From the human T2T-CHM13v2.0 reference genome, Homo sapiens: a stretch of 64,000 nt of DNA. Location: the NCBI RefSeq assembly GCF_009914755.1, contig NC_060936.1; one strand, given 5' to 3'. The position numbers were made by a program, and so were the translations under genes. Under the pieces are notes generated by a model, which was not told the DNA's origin, searched no databases, and saw nothing but the letters and a program-made list of their open reading frames with translations. Below, piece after piece: positions 1 through 15,275 of the stretch; within the stretch, counting starts at the first letter, position 1, and every line of letters begins with the position of its first letter.

Positions 1-567
1 ATGTGGAAACCTCTTTCCAGACTGTATGAGACATGGTATGAGGTAGTAGCCTATAACAGATTCACTACCCAATTAAATTCATCATGTCAATAATTTCAGG
101 ACAAGAAAAGGCCTAAGTTTTCTTAAGGCATTTAAACAAAAATAAGGTAAGGTAGGTCCATGAAAATAATAAACCAATACCACTTCTCTAACTTGGTTAA
201 GCTACTTTCCCTATTGAAGATGTGTTTCCCTAATATAATTGCAGGTTTTGTTAAGGATAATAATACTGAGTTAACTATTTTAGTCAAATCCACTTTGAAA
301 ATAATATGCTAGAATAATATGAATATATACTATAATTTATTTTCAAAGGAGATAGATGTGCCAAGAATCCAGATTAAACTATGGACTGATTAATAAGCTT
401 TTCCCATCTCAACTTCATGATACTGCCTTCTTCTTTTCCTAATATAAATTCTACCTGTTTAATTTTTCTAATATGAAACATTACACCCACCTTCATTTAC
501 CTTCTGGCACAGTCTTCCAATGACAGCAATATCCAAAAACAGGAATATATTGTCCACTGAAAAATTT

Positions 568-985
568 GTATTAGTTATCTCTGTCTAATAAATTACTCCA
601 AAACTTGTCGGGCTCAGATGGGGATAGATCACTCCTAAGCTCACTCATATGGTCACTGGCTGAGTTCAGTTCCTTGAGGTGGTTGGACTTGGGCCTCCAT
701 TCCTTGCCAGCTGTTCACCGGAGGCTTCCCTCATTCCCTGGCACATGGCCCTCTCTGTAAAGCTGTTGGCATCCTCAGAGAAAGTGAGCGAGCAGAGAAT
801 AAGAATACCCAGGACAGGGGTTGCAGCTTTTACAACCCAATCTCAGAAATGACGTTCCACCACCGCTTTTCCACAAAAGTGCATCACTAAGCGCAGTGCA
901 CACTCAATGGGAACAGACTACACAAGCGGGTGAATCCGAGGCAGCGCAGGCCATTGGGAGGCAGCCTTGAGTATGCCGGCCACTC
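568..985 (-). mobile_element. Old MaLR LTR (MLT1 family)
   Basis: Starts tgtattagttatct...; contains MLT1-like blocks (ctcagaaatgac, ggcacatggccctctc). Diverged; boundaries approximate. Confidence 0.6.
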
Positions 986-1124
986 CGTTACTGTAGACAC
1001 TCATTTCAGAGTTGTTTTCCTCAAATGCTTAAAGATTGGTTCATTGACATAAGAAAAAAATAGTCCATCATACCACACAGCTAAGGACTGCGATATTTTC
1101 TAATTTATAAAAAATACAAACTGA

Positions 1125-1563
<439 letters not shown>

Positions 1564-2147
1564 TCAACCTAGAAAATCTTCTTCAAAAGGAAATAACTTT
1601 CTTTGAATTGATGAAGCTCAGAAAAAGCTTGAGGTATATGTTATTATCAAGAGAAGAGTTTAAACAACAACTTATTTCACTGCTAGTTTCCGAGTAAAGA
1701 TTCTTATAGCAATTTATTGTCAGTAGACTCTAATACCACCTGCGAAATACTACTATTTTTACTCATTATTGATTTAAAATAATTTTATAGAGAACTGGTT
1801 GCTTTTTTCCAAGATACCATTTGCTCGGATTAAATTATGCTTAATGCCAAGACGCATTTTTGCTAACAGCAACCACAATGAGGCAATGAGATCTCTAAAG
1901 TTACAGCAACTTATTCCAGTGAGAAGGACTGCAGACATCATCCAGTTCCACCCCCTGACTGTTTTATACTCCTGGCTGTCAACCTTAAAGGTTACCTTAA
2001 GCCCAGCTTCTCTTTAAACTTTCATGACTCACTCATAAATTTGTATAAATCCTTTGAAACCCTTTTATATTTCCTGCCACTTAACACCTCTTGGGAAACA
2101 AAGTTAAAATTACTATTGCTTTTTCCAAGTCTTCTGGCTTTACTTAG

Positions 2148-2361
2148 TGATATGGTTTGGCTGTGTCCCCACCCAAATCTCATCTTGAATTGTAGCTCCC
2201 ATAATCCCCATGTAATGGGAGGTAACTGAATCATGGGGTCAGGTTTTTCCCATGAGACCTCCCCAGCCATGTGAAACTGTGAGTCCATTGAACCTCTTTT
2301 TCTTTATAAATTACCCAGTCCCGGGTATTTCTTCATAGCAGTATGAAAATGTACAAATACA
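2148..2361 (+). mobile_element. THE1 (THE1C-like) solo LTR, internally deleted
   Basis: TGATATGGTTTGGCTGTGTCCCCACCC...AATACA; perfect 5-bp TSD CTTAG at 2143-2147 and 2362-2366. Confidence 0.92.
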
Positions 2362-2969
2362 CTTAGGTTGAGTTATTATCATTGGTACCTGATATGAACT
2401 AAAAATAATAATTTCAGAGATTTTACCAACTTCAGTAATAGCTACTTTGATATTTGTAAATCTATTCTTGGTTTTCAAAACATAGTAGTACCATGGTATT
2501 TTGACAAGAAAATAGTGATACACTAATTACAATAAAATAGAAAGTTATTGCAAGTCCAGCTTTGTATCATCAAAAACTAAAGTGGCTCAATTTCAAGTCA
2601 TGCACCTATAAGGACTAATGAATGAACGTATGAATGAACAGATGAATGATAGAAAGTCTGAATGGAAAGGAATGCATCTTGGGGGCATAGGCAGATAAAG
2701 TCATTTCACAAGGGAATAGCCTACCTGGTTACTTCAACATCCACAGCTCACAGAGATGGTACAGCTTTGAAGGTGGGAGAGCTACTATGATGAGTGGCAA
2801 TCAAAACCCAGAAACCTCTAATATACTCTAATTTCCTTGTGAGTGTATTAGAGGCCTAATCTAATACACTGAAATTTAATTGGACAATTTTTTTTGATAT
2901 TCTAATTTAAGACTTTATAACTCCATAGGTAGAGGGCAAAAGTGGAGGAAAATGAAGCCAAAAAGGAAT

Positions 2970-3325
2970 ATAACACCTTGAAGAGTGTGCTGACAGCACA
3001 TGTGTTATGATCCAAGAATGACCTGTCTGTTATACAAGACTTGACACTAGGCTAGATGAATGGATCCACAGTCTATAAGGAGGAAGGTGCTGGTTCTACT
3101 CCACTTCCAGGAGAATTCAACTCTGGGCCTCTCACTTTTAGAGACATCTTTTGATTGCAGCATATCTAACGAAAAGAACCAGAATAATAAGAAAACTTAA
3201 AACTATTTATATGTTATATGAAGAAAAGCTAGAAAATGTGAGGGTGTTTATCCTGGAAAACAAATTATTCAGGAGGACAAAATGCTGCCGATAAATACCT
3301 ACAGGTCTACTGATGGAAGAAGAGT
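2970..3325 (+). mobile_element. L3/CR1 LINE fragment
   Basis: Resembles the CR1 3' RT region (tatgaagaaaagctagaaaatgtgagggtgtttatcctggaaa). Highly diverged. Confidence 0.55.
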
Positions 3326-3547
3326 CCTCACCCCAGAAGAATGAGCAGCCTCAGAAGGCATGAGCACCAGGCTGATGGGAGTTCAGAGCAGAGGCCAAAC
3401 ACAGATGACAGCACCTTGTAGGGGAGGATGCTACTGGAGGGGCTGACTCTATCACCACCGTGGTGTAATACCACCATTCAAATCCCGGGTGCACAGGTGG
3501 CCCATCGGTCAAACTTGGGGAACTCTTCTCTAGTCATCAGTTTCTAG

Positions 3548-4089
3548 TGTAAGAGACTAGAATATGCTACTCCAAAATAAGCTGCCTTGGCATAAGGATT
3601 ATTTTGAGCTGATTATTTTGAGAAACTGCAGATACAGGAAAAGCTCTGAAAACAGAATACAAATCACTCTTTGGTAAGAGAAATTTACATCCACAGAGGA
3701 ACTCTCCATTTGTAAGTGTGTCTCCCCATCTATACCAGGAAAAGGAGGACTCAGTCACTGGAGACGCATCAGTGGAGAGGGCACCCACTGAAATCTGCAC
3801 AGCAAATCTTATCCTTGCTTACACTGCTTGTCCAGGTCACCTCCCCATTACCTGGCTTCCCCACACCCTTCTTTCTTGTTTCAAAGGACTGTGGTATTTA
3901 AACCTGAATTCAAAGTCATCTCTTTGAGATTTCCTCATTTCTCTGTGTTTCTCCTGTGTACACATGAGGTACACATTTTATTAAGCTTCTGTTTTTTCTC
4001 ACTTGTCAATCTGTCTTTTGTTACAGGGCTCTGTCCCAACTGAGAACTATGAAGGATAGAGAAACAAAATTATTTTTTCCTCCCCTACA
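3548..4089 (+). mobile_element. ERV1 solo LTR (MER34-like)
   Basis: TGTAAGAGACTAGAATATGC...CCCCTACA; perfect 4-bp TSD CTAG at 3544-3547 and 4090-4093. Confidence 0.85.
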
Positions 4090-7000
4090 CTAGGTCTAGC
4101 CTGCCCTAAAGACACCTTAGGATGGGCAGAATGAGCCCCAAATATCATGTGCTCTACTGCTTACATTATGTCTAATTCCCAAGAATGTCTGCTTCGGGCT
4201 GAAGAAAAAAAAAAGCATCATCTAAACTATAAAAAGCTATTTAAAGCTGTACTTCTAATTATAATTTCTCTCTTATCCCATCTTCACTAGTTCTCCAGGA
4301 TATGTTTCCTACAGTTCTCCCAAAGCTTACCAGAAATAAAATCAATCTACTAGGGGTTGGTGTGTATGGCATATTGGCTGAAAGGGATGCACGGAATTTT
4401 ACCATGCTGCACACTGTCAGTAAATGGCACACAAACAAGGCTACCAAGTTCAGACAGAACTGCAATGGGGTGGTCAAGAAAAGCTCCCTTGAGAGGCTGA
4501 ATTCTGACCCAGCTATGCAGGAAGAGGAAGGTTTAGATGGGGAGAGATGTGTGCGTTTTCCTAAGAGCAAGGATTTGCACAGCCAAGAACATTAAAGGCA
4601 GAGACAAGAGCAAAAATAATATAATCCCTATTTCCTGTGTGTTGAGACATAAAGGCATTGCATTTTCCTTCTGCCTAACCATTGCACGCTCATTTTATCT
4701 TTGATCTAAAGTAATTAAAAGTATATCCTGGCTCCTGAATGAGCCACAATGCTAATGAGGTAGTGCCATTAGCATCAGGATTCAGTCGGGAAGTAATTAC
4801 TTCTATGTACATTTTGGCTTCTTTGCTGAAATGTGGGAATGTGACCAGGTGATTATGGAACTATTTTAACAGGGTTTGGTGCAGATGCTTTCATCTGGAA
4901 ACACAGACTCCAGGAATCTTAAACCACTTGGGAACAGACATCCATAAAAACAATTATTTTTATACTCTGGGGCTAGAATCAGCTTCCTGGAGTTTACTGT
5001 TAATTCTTTCAATGCCATTCAATGTGGGTATTTTTTGATATGCTTTCACTTGCATGCTGTAATTTCTCTTTCCAGAACACCATTTTGTTGGGGGTGATGA
5101 AGGATTTGGTTGGGGGCAGCGGTGGGTAAAGAGAAAAGAATGAGGTAAAATCAAGTATAAAAAACAGCTGGCATGGGGAGGGGAGAAGTACAAAGACAGG
5201 ATTGAAAGCAGCAAGTGGAAAAACGTATTCTCCCATAGGTGGAAAACAGAAGAAAGTTAACAGTGTTCCAACCCTGAAGAACAGAATGGGTCTGGCCTGG
5301 AGCCCTTGGGTCCTATGGGGACAGTCAGACCTGATGGCAATCAATTACGAGGCAGAAGATGAACTCCCTGCAAAATGGTTGCTTTTCACCTCGTGGATGT
5401 CAAGAGGTGGCTTGGGAATAGGTTGGGGACTGTCCTGGTTTTAGAACCATGCTGGAGGGCTCACTCAAGCCCCTTCCTTGGATCTGCTTCTGCCCCCACT
5501 ACTACCATGTTGGTTCGCATGAAGTCCCTAAGTCATAAATGTGATCTAGCTAACATATTTTCGGCATTTCCTTCCAGAAAAAAAGCTTGCTTAGCTACTA
5601 TATAAAATTTATTGCAGAATCTTCCTTCAAGCTGTCTTTACTCCTGCTCCCTGCCAGCCCCTTCAACCCTTGTGTCCATCCACTCCCCAAGCATCTCCCC
5701 CGCCTCTGCTCTTCAGCTCCAGGCATCGCGTCCTCTACTATGAGGCTACAAAGTCCAGAGTGTTACAATGACCCTCAGCACCTCCCTTTCTCCTTTTTGA
5801 AGATCTCTTCTGATAGCCACTAGCCCTTCTCCCACTGAAGTCCTGATTTTAAGAGCAAGGCAGTGGAAGACAGCACTGAAACCTGGAGGATTTTGCAGAC
5901 TTTTCCATTATCCTTGGGTTGGCCTCTGCACATGTGGCCATCGTCCTTTCTTACTGATCCTGTTCTTCAACCATGTTCTCTTTCTCTTATCCCTCTTCCA
6001 CATCCTCCCGCAGTCTCATCCGTATGAACCACCCTTCCTTGTCTGCTGTGCACTACCTGTCCACATTTTTCACCTGCCACAGCACTTAAAAACTGAAGTT
6101 TAAATACGGTCCTCTCTCCCGCTTTTCTACACTACAAGGTCTTTGAGGCTGGAGAGCCACAGTGTTTTTTGTTTCTAGCCCCTTGACACACAGAACCAAG
6201 TCAGACACTCAAATTTCTGGTGAATACTTACTCATGGAAGACATGTAGTGAACCCCTGCTGAGAAACGAGGTACTCTGAGGAGACACAAGATGTCCTCAT
6301 TCAAGGAATATTGCTTAAGATCTTTTCATATGCCAGGCAGTGTGCCCAGTACTGTGGGATATGTCAGGGAAGGAAACAAGACAAGCCTTGACCTCCAGAA
6401 GGATACAACACACAAATGCATACAGAAAATGTGATAACAGCTAAAACAGAAAAGCACAGAATTGCAGAATGAATATATAATGAGGTGCTCTGATTCACTT
6501 TGCTTTACTCTGGTACTGTGCCTGGCACAAGATTTTAATAAATGAATGAGTGAATACAGCCAGGGAATGATAAATTAAAGAAAGCTACCACAAAACTTAA
6601 TGCACTTTATTTATTAAATAAATGCACATGAACAGCGCAGAGCAAATGTCTATTATAATAGACACCAAAAGTCAGAGGAACAAATAATTTGTCGAAGTCA
6701 CTTCAGAGATCATCCAAAACACTAGCTCTTAACCACTGAGCCCCCTTTGAAAATCTAAAAACAAACCAATATTGCACACAATGGAATTCTCTAAAGCCCA
6801 TTGACTCCCAGTTTTAAAGTATTTTACCCATAAAGCCCACTTCAGGACAGAGCCACAATGCACATTTCCAAACAGTGCTTCAGGATACCCAAAGTCAACA
6901 CCAACTGCTGACTGGCAGGTCCTTGGGAAAACTTGCGTTTGTTAAATACATTCTAAAGACAAGATATTTTCCATGCCAGAAGCACACACAAACCCAAATA

Positions 7001-7489
7001 TCAACCTAGAATGTACCGTCTTGAGCCCTTAGGCTAACCTGTTTTTATATAATAGGAGATAGAGCCTCTGCAACAAGAGAGATTCCCAAAGTTTGAAGCT
7101 TTGCAGTTGAAATGAGCATCTAAAATCAAGGGCCAAGTCCCAACAAAATTTCGTCTCGATTTTCTTCTGAGAAAATGAAGTAATTTCTTATTCTCCTAAA
7201 CATAGGAGTATAAGAAAATATTGTTTTGTCAAGAGAATATCCTTTCAGACTAGTTCTACAACGAGAGAAAAATCACCAAGAAAGGATATTGAACAAGAGT
7301 CAAATGCCAAGATGAAGAATATATTTTTAAATACTGTTTTTGTTTATTTTTGCACTATATATCAGAAAACAAAATACTCTATTCCATCTATAACACACTC
7401 AAAAAGCAAGTATAATAAGAGGCAATTAAATTTCAATATTTGGAGAAAAGTTTCAGAGATTGGCAACAGTGTTGCAGTGGGGTGATGTT

Positions 7490-7680
7490 GTCAGACTGCC
7501 TGGATTCAAATGCTGACATCACCAGGTGTGACCTTAAGCTAATGGCATTTGGCTTCTCAGAGCCTCAGCCAGTCTTCTGCAAAATGGAAATAATAAAAAT
7601 TTTAACAACAACTTCATAGGGCTGTGTGTATATTAAGTGAGATAATTCACTTAAAAAAGCTTCAGAGCAATACCCAGAGA
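7490..7680 (+). mobile_element. MIR
   Basis: MIR core: cagactgcctggattcaaat...tgtgaccttaagc...gcctcag...aaaatggaaataataa. Confidence 0.8.
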
Positions 7681-8767
7681 GCTAAGAAAAACAAAACAAT
7701 ACATTGGGTAAGAAAGTGAAAAGGAAGAAAAGAAAAAATATTTCCACATTAACACAAATAAGAAAGAACAATACATTTCCATGTTCCACTTTTAAAATAC
7801 AAGTACATTCAGATAAAAATTTTGAAAAAAAAAATTCACAGATTTTCTAAATAAACAGAAAAAACTGGAAAAGAAATCAGAAAAAAATCCCACTTCCATA
7901 AGCCTCTCTCTCTTTTCTCTGGCCTTCTTTCCTGGGTAGGAACAAGATGCCAGATGGTAATGCACCAATCACAACTTGACAACACTTTTCTAGATATGCC
8001 TCTGCTTTCCAAAATGTGTTTAAAATTTGTTTAATGCCTTTATATTTACAGGTGTTTTAAAAGGCTTTTAATAATTCGTCTTACTCTTTACTGTGCACTA
8101 ACCTGTAGGATAGGTTTCTTGAGGTTGCTATAGGAGTTTAACTATAGAGATGAAAACAGGGAAAAGCCTAAAGTGCTTTCCAATCGCAGAACATGAGTCT
8201 CACCATCATTTGAGAGAAAATAAAGCCGAGAGAAAATCCATAGCACATGGGAGGCAAACACCTTGCCAAAAAGTGAAATGACCAGCCAAAGTTAGGTTGT
8301 TCTGATACTGCTATACCCTGTTAGACTCACTGGTAATGGGTCTCTGTCTCTAGTCAAACAATCAGTACGTAGAGTCTATTTCTGTTTTCTCGTTTGTTTC
8401 CCTCTTTTCTACTGAACAGCGTTCTTTAATCAAGCAGCTGCCACAATCTAACTGGCTTTCAGACTGAGCTACTCCAAACACAGCCTGAACCACTTTGCCG
8501 GGGTCTGCAGGAAATCTCCAGGCCTGTTAGGACACAGCAGATCTTTTGTAAGTCACTTTGGCTGCTCTTGCTCCCAGCTGCATGCCAATTAGTCTGCAGG
8601 CTGCTCTTTCCTTGCAGCCATTGGAACCACACTCCTATTTCAGGGATCTCTCAGGAAACATGTGGCTGAGAAACCAAATAAGGCGGATGCCTAGTATTTG
8701 TCATCAACCTAGATCACAAATGTCCTTGTCATGATCTACCTGAACCTTTAGAAGACGATTTTTAAAG

Positions 8768-9496
<729 letters not shown>

Positions 9497-9942
9497 TACA
9501 GTTAATGTTTTTAACAGGTAAGAAAGAAAATGTATTCAGGAACAAGTTTCATGTGATAATTTGGAAAGGGAGACTATAAGGGATTATTAAAGTAAAACAG
9601 TCTCTATGAGTTCAAATTTTGCTTTTAGCACTTTGCTTTCCTTTCCTCTTAGACATATTGATTTATACTGTGTACATTATCCTCCATGTGCCAAAACCAA
9701 AGATTAAGGATGCTGACCTAGGACGGGTGTTGGTGTCATTGGTTAAACTCAGACCGTAAAACTGCAGCTGGCACTACATTTCTAACATTGTTATAACAAA
9801 GTGAGGAGGACTGAACAGTTGAAGCAGATGTTGGAGATGTTCAGGGATTTGGGGCCCAGAGGCAGGACTTTAAAAAGCTGCTGAAATTCCTCATCCAATT
9901 AATTGGCAAAGAGCTCTGAGAGTCACTTCAAAGAGCAACCCT

Positions 9943-10272
<330 letters not shown>

Positions 10273-11104
10273 TCATCTTTGGGAGGCTCTTCATCAGGGG
10301 ACACTGCTCTCCAGCTCTCCAATATAACGCAAACTTCCCCTCAACTACATCCGATGTGGAAGAAAGTTCCCCAAATTAACCAGCCTGCTCACTTCAGGGT
10401 GTTTATCTTACATTATGTTGAACAACCACTAACACTGTGGTCGTATATGTGTGCAAACCACTTTTTATGTAAAACACTCATTAAAATATTCAAATGTTCA
10501 AACAGGCTAACACCTCAAGAAAACATCTAACCACAACATGTGCTGTCTTAATAAGAATTAATTATTTTCCCAATCTATCACCTTCCATTTACCAATGCAG
10601 CAATTACCAAACAACAGTGTTAAAGGTCCCTTTACGCTAAAATATTACTGAGAAAAGAATTTGTAAGTGTATGATATCTAAGAGAAAAGTTTTTAAAAAT
10701 TTATTAATGCATTAAAATAATCTATTGTCTATTAAAACATTTTATTTTAAAAATCTATATTTCTTAAAATGAAGAAAATTAGTGAAAAGAATATAATTTT
10801 AAAGAATATTTTTGAAAATCTCTTTAAATATCTGGCTTAATCCAGGAGAATAGAAGCTGAATTCCCATATTTCCTTCTACATTCAATCTGCTGCTATATG
10901 TTATTCTAGTTGAAGTATATGAGGAAAATCTATCCTTGCTCAGATGCATTATAGTTGGAAAAGTGAGGAGTATCTTAACAGCTTTCCAGATAATTGCAGA
11001 CATCCTTTGATACTACAATATTCAACAAGTGGTAGTTTCTTGAAGCTTATTGGTGATGTCGAATCTACTGGTCTACCTTCAACTTGAATGAATCTTTTAT
11101 CCAT

Positions 11105-11510
11105 TGCGATAGTTAATTTTATGTGCCAATTTGTCTAGGCTACGGTGTTCAGTTGTTTGTTCAAACACCAGGCTAGACGTTGCTATGAAGGTATTTTTTT
11201 TAAGGCGTGACTAACATTTAGATCAGTAGATGGAGTGAAATGGATCTGTTTTCATAATGTGGGCCAGGCTCATCCAATCAATTGAAGGCCTTAAGAGAAA
11301 AAGACTCAGGTCCCCCAAGAAAAAAGGAATTCTGTCTCCAGACTGCAACGTGGAAATGTGGAAATGCTGCCTGACTACCACCCTTGAGACTTAGGATTAC
11401 AACACCAACTGCTGCCTGAATTTCCAGCCTGCAAGTCTGCCCTGCAGGCTTCAGACTTGCCAGCCTCCACCTAAATAAGCCAGTTCCTTAAAATAAATCT
11501 CTCTACATAA

Positions 11511-11561
<51 letters not shown>

Positions 11562-11667
11562 GAGAGAGAGAGAGAGAGATCCTATTTCTTCAGTTTCTCT
11601 GGAGAACACAAACTAATGTTCTCCATCAGTTTGGAGAACATTTGTGTTAGTGGAGAACACTAACACA
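11105..11667 (+). mobile_element. MLT2 (MLT2D-like, ERVL) solo LTR containing (CA)n(GA)n at about 11511-11579
   Basis: TGCGATAGTTAATTTTATGTG...CTAACACA; degenerate TSD TCCAT/CCGAT. Confidence 0.85.
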
Positions 11668-12016
11668 CCGATGCATGATTTTGTAACATCATGCACTGAC
11701 CATTTGAAAAATATGAGGTCACTGAGTTACATAAATTTGCAAAATGTTTACACATTTCATTACACAATATTTTGAAAATCCTATTTGCTACTATCACATA
11801 TCACCACCGATCTCATCAAAAGACTTTTGGTAGTGGTAGGCTGTAAAACTCACAATGAAGTCACAAGCTTGAACCAAAATCCAAATGTTTCCTTGAAAAC
11901 TTGAATTTTAACATTAGAAATAAATACTATTAGGTATTTTCACTGAAGTACCAGGCTCATTCCTCATTTTGAAGAAAAATGCCTATTATGAACACCAAAG
12001 TATGAATAACCATAAT

Positions 12017-12403
12017 TACTATGGTGTGAATGTCTCCCCAAATTCATGTGCTGAAAATATAATTTCCAATGCCACCGTGTAGAGAGGTGAGGTGTAACAA
12101 GAGATGTGTTGGTCATGAGGGTGGGGCCCTCATGAATGGATTAATGCTGCTATAAGCAGGGCTTGCAGCTGCGGGTTCTCTCTCTCTCCTGCTCTTCCTC
12201 ATGTAAGGACACAACATTCTTTCTCACCGGAGGGCACAGTGTTCAATGCACCAAGGTAGAAGCAGAAAGACCAGGCCCTAATCTACCAGCACCTTGATCT
12301 TGGACTTCCCAGCCTGAAGAACTGTGATAGAATTAATTTCTGTTCTTTATAAATTACCCAGTCTGTGGTATTCTGTTATAGTAGAACAAAATGGACTAAA
12401 ACA
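12017..12403 (+). mobile_element. MST (MSTC-like) MaLR solo LTR
   Basis: tactatggtgtgaatgtctcccc...ggactaaaaca; TSD ATAAT/ATAGT. Confidence 0.85.
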
Positions 12404-13845
12404 ATAGTTTGTCAGCAAAATCTTTCTACCAAAAATGACGTTTTGTTAAAAGAAAAATAGTGGCCAGCGCAGCTTGCAATTCAAACAATCATTTAAGTGC
12501 TTTTCCTCATGACATTGTTCTTTGACGTGCAGCAGAAGTGCTTTATGCATATTGCCTGTTCCATCACATGGAATATTAAAAAGACATATACTCAGGTGTT
12601 GGGATTTCTTTTAAAATTTTTTTTACTGCTTCATTGAGGATATTCTTAAGTGAAAATGGAATTTTTTTAAACCACAAATGTGAGCCAAAACATACAATGA
12701 CCCCTGGTCATTTGTGCCACTGCTTTAATTCATGATAAAGGGCCAGTTGTTTTACCTACCATTGCTTGTGCACTGTCAGGGCAAATTATCCACACAGTAA
12801 AAATCACAAACATCTTTGTGTTACTATAAAAATAGTTTTTACCTCACAGAACCTCCCTAAAAGGATCTGGGGTACCCCCCCTGGATTTGTGGACCACAGT
12901 ATAAGAACCACAGCACTGACTGGCTCTCTCCCAAACGCACATCCCAACAAGGATCAGAAGTCAAAATTCAAATTAGCAAATGCTGGGCATGATATGTCCC
13001 TGGCTCAGACTCCCCAGGGAAAAAGGATGGCCCCAGTGGTCATGATCTTAACACTGGAGTACATGCATCAGGGCCACACAAAGACTTTCCAGAACGAATC
13101 TGCCCAGAATCATGCTGCACTCTCAGAAGGAGTACAGTCCAGGAGCCATTTCTAGTTCTGTTTCCACCTTCTCTTTCACATTAGCCCTTACTTTTTCTCT
13201 TTTAAAAAATAGTACTTTTTACCCATACTGTTTGACAATAGTTCACTGTCCTGAATGATAAATTCTCTCAGGGCACCCAGAAATGGTATAATTAGAAACA
13301 CTGGTATTGGTGTTGCAAAAGAAAATGACTACATATACTGGAGAAAAATCATTTTGCAAGTGAGATGGTTTCTAACTGAATGCTTTCAACAAAATTGAAG
13401 CAGAATTTAATGGAGCCATTCACTGAAAGATCATTAAAAATGATATTTATGAAAGACCAATGAGTCATTTTTTGGCACATAATCCAAAAAACTTCAAAGA
13501 ATTAGGAGATTTTTGCTATAACAAGACTCTATTCTCATCTACCCCTATATATGAAAAGGTTTCTCATTATAAGTATATAAATGAAAAAGTGTGACAGCCA
13601 TGATGGAACTCAGATTCACTCCAGCAATAAATAATAGTTAGCATTTAATACATAAGCTAATTTAAAAACTTATCCATCTCAGTGACATGCATTTCAATAA
13701 CATTTTATTTTTCACTTTTAATAATTATGGGCATAAAAATAAAGCAAACAGTTACATTGTATTTATTATGACCCAGGAACTATTCTAAGCACTTTATATA
13801 TATGAACTGATTTAGACCTCGTAACATTTATATTAGCTTGGCATT

Positions 13846-14204
13846 TGTATTAGTCCATTCTCATGCTGCTATGAAGAAGTACCCAAGACTGGGTAATTTA
13901 TAAAGAAAAGAGGTTTAATTGACTCAGAGTTCCACATGGCTGGGGAGGCCTCAGGAAACTTACAATCGTGGTGGAAGACACCTCTTCACAGGGTGGCAGG
14001 AGAGAGAATGAGTGCTGAACAAAGGGGAAAAAGCCTCTTATAAAACCATCAGATCTTGTGAAAACTCACTCACTATTATGAGAACAGCATGGGGGAAACC
14101 ACACCCATAATTCATCACCTTCCATTGGGTCCTTCCCACAACATGTGGGGATTATGGGAACTATAATTCAAGATGAGATTTGGATTGGGACACAGCCAAA
14201 CTCA
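13846..14204 (-). mobile_element. THE1C-like solo LTR
   Basis: tgtattagtccattctcatgctgctatgaag...gggacacagccaaac; TSD GCATT/GTATT. Confidence 0.92.
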
Positions 14205-14205
14205 G

Positions 14206-14216
14206 TATTATTATTA

Positions 14217-14263
<47 letters not shown>

Positions 14264-14553
14264 TTAGAAACAGGGTCTCACTCTGTCACCCAGAATGGAG
14301 TCCAGTGGCAAGATTATAACTTCCTGCAGCCTCGAAATCCTAGGCTCAGACCAACCTCCTGCCTTAGCCTCCCCAGTAGCTAAGAGCACAGGTGCATACC
14401 ACTACAACTGGCTAATTTTTAAAGATTGTTTTGTTGAGATAGAATATTGCTATGTTTCCCAGGCTGGTCTTGAACTGCTGGCTTCAAGGGATCCACCTGC
14501 CTCAGGTTCCCAAAGCTTTGAGATTACGGGTATGAGCCACTACACCCAGAGAC
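14206..14553 (-). mobile_element. AluJ with (TTA)n microsatellite tail
   Basis: Antisense Alu; (TTA)n at about 14206-14262 is the source of the poly-Ile ORF artefact. Confidence 0.9.
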
Positions 14554-14963
14554 TAGCATTATTTTGAACTTCCATTCTACAGATAAGGCAACGAAAAGTC
14601 TAGAGCAACTAGAGTTAGAGGTGAGATTTGAAACCATTTACTCAGGCTCCAGAGTATGTGCTTTTAACTACTACACTATGCTGTCTCAAAGATTAAAAAA
14701 TAACATTAATACTGTTTTAATAAATTGTTTATTAAAAATATTCATAATTAATACAGAAGAAATTTTAATATTTAGAGCCTAAGGATATGGGAAATTTAAA
14801 AATCATACTAATTTATTTATAGATTTTTTTATTGCAAAGAAATATAATACAGTGACTAATGAAAACATAAAATTGTATAAAATTAAAATAAAATTCTACA
14901 AGCCAAATGGAATAAAAACGTTAGTTCAAAATGGAAAAAGAATAATATAAAATTCCAAGAGCT

Positions 14964-15275
<312 letters not shown>

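Larger units (their letters stand above)
10615..12913. mobile_element. hAT-Charlie DNA transposon (Charlie1a-like), interrupted by two LTRs
   Basis: Charlie1-type blocks (tctggcttaat, catgattttgtaacatcatgc, ggaccacagtataagaaccac). The sequence resumes colinearly across both LTRs. Confidence 0.7.
13740..14688 (-). mobile_element. MIR split into 13740-13845 and about 14555-14688
   Basis: ctaagcactttatata... on the left; ccattctacagataaggcaac...ggctccagagtatgtgcttttaactactacactatgctg on the right. Confidence 0.7.

Noticed and set aside
12766-13155. 129-aa ORF overlapping a DNA transposon end, a possible domesticated transposase
   Set aside because: It crosses the non-coding terminal region of the Charlie element into unique DNA and has no transposase motifs.
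14180-14383. Poly-isoleucine ORF
   Set aside because: It is the (TTA)n tail of an AluJ.
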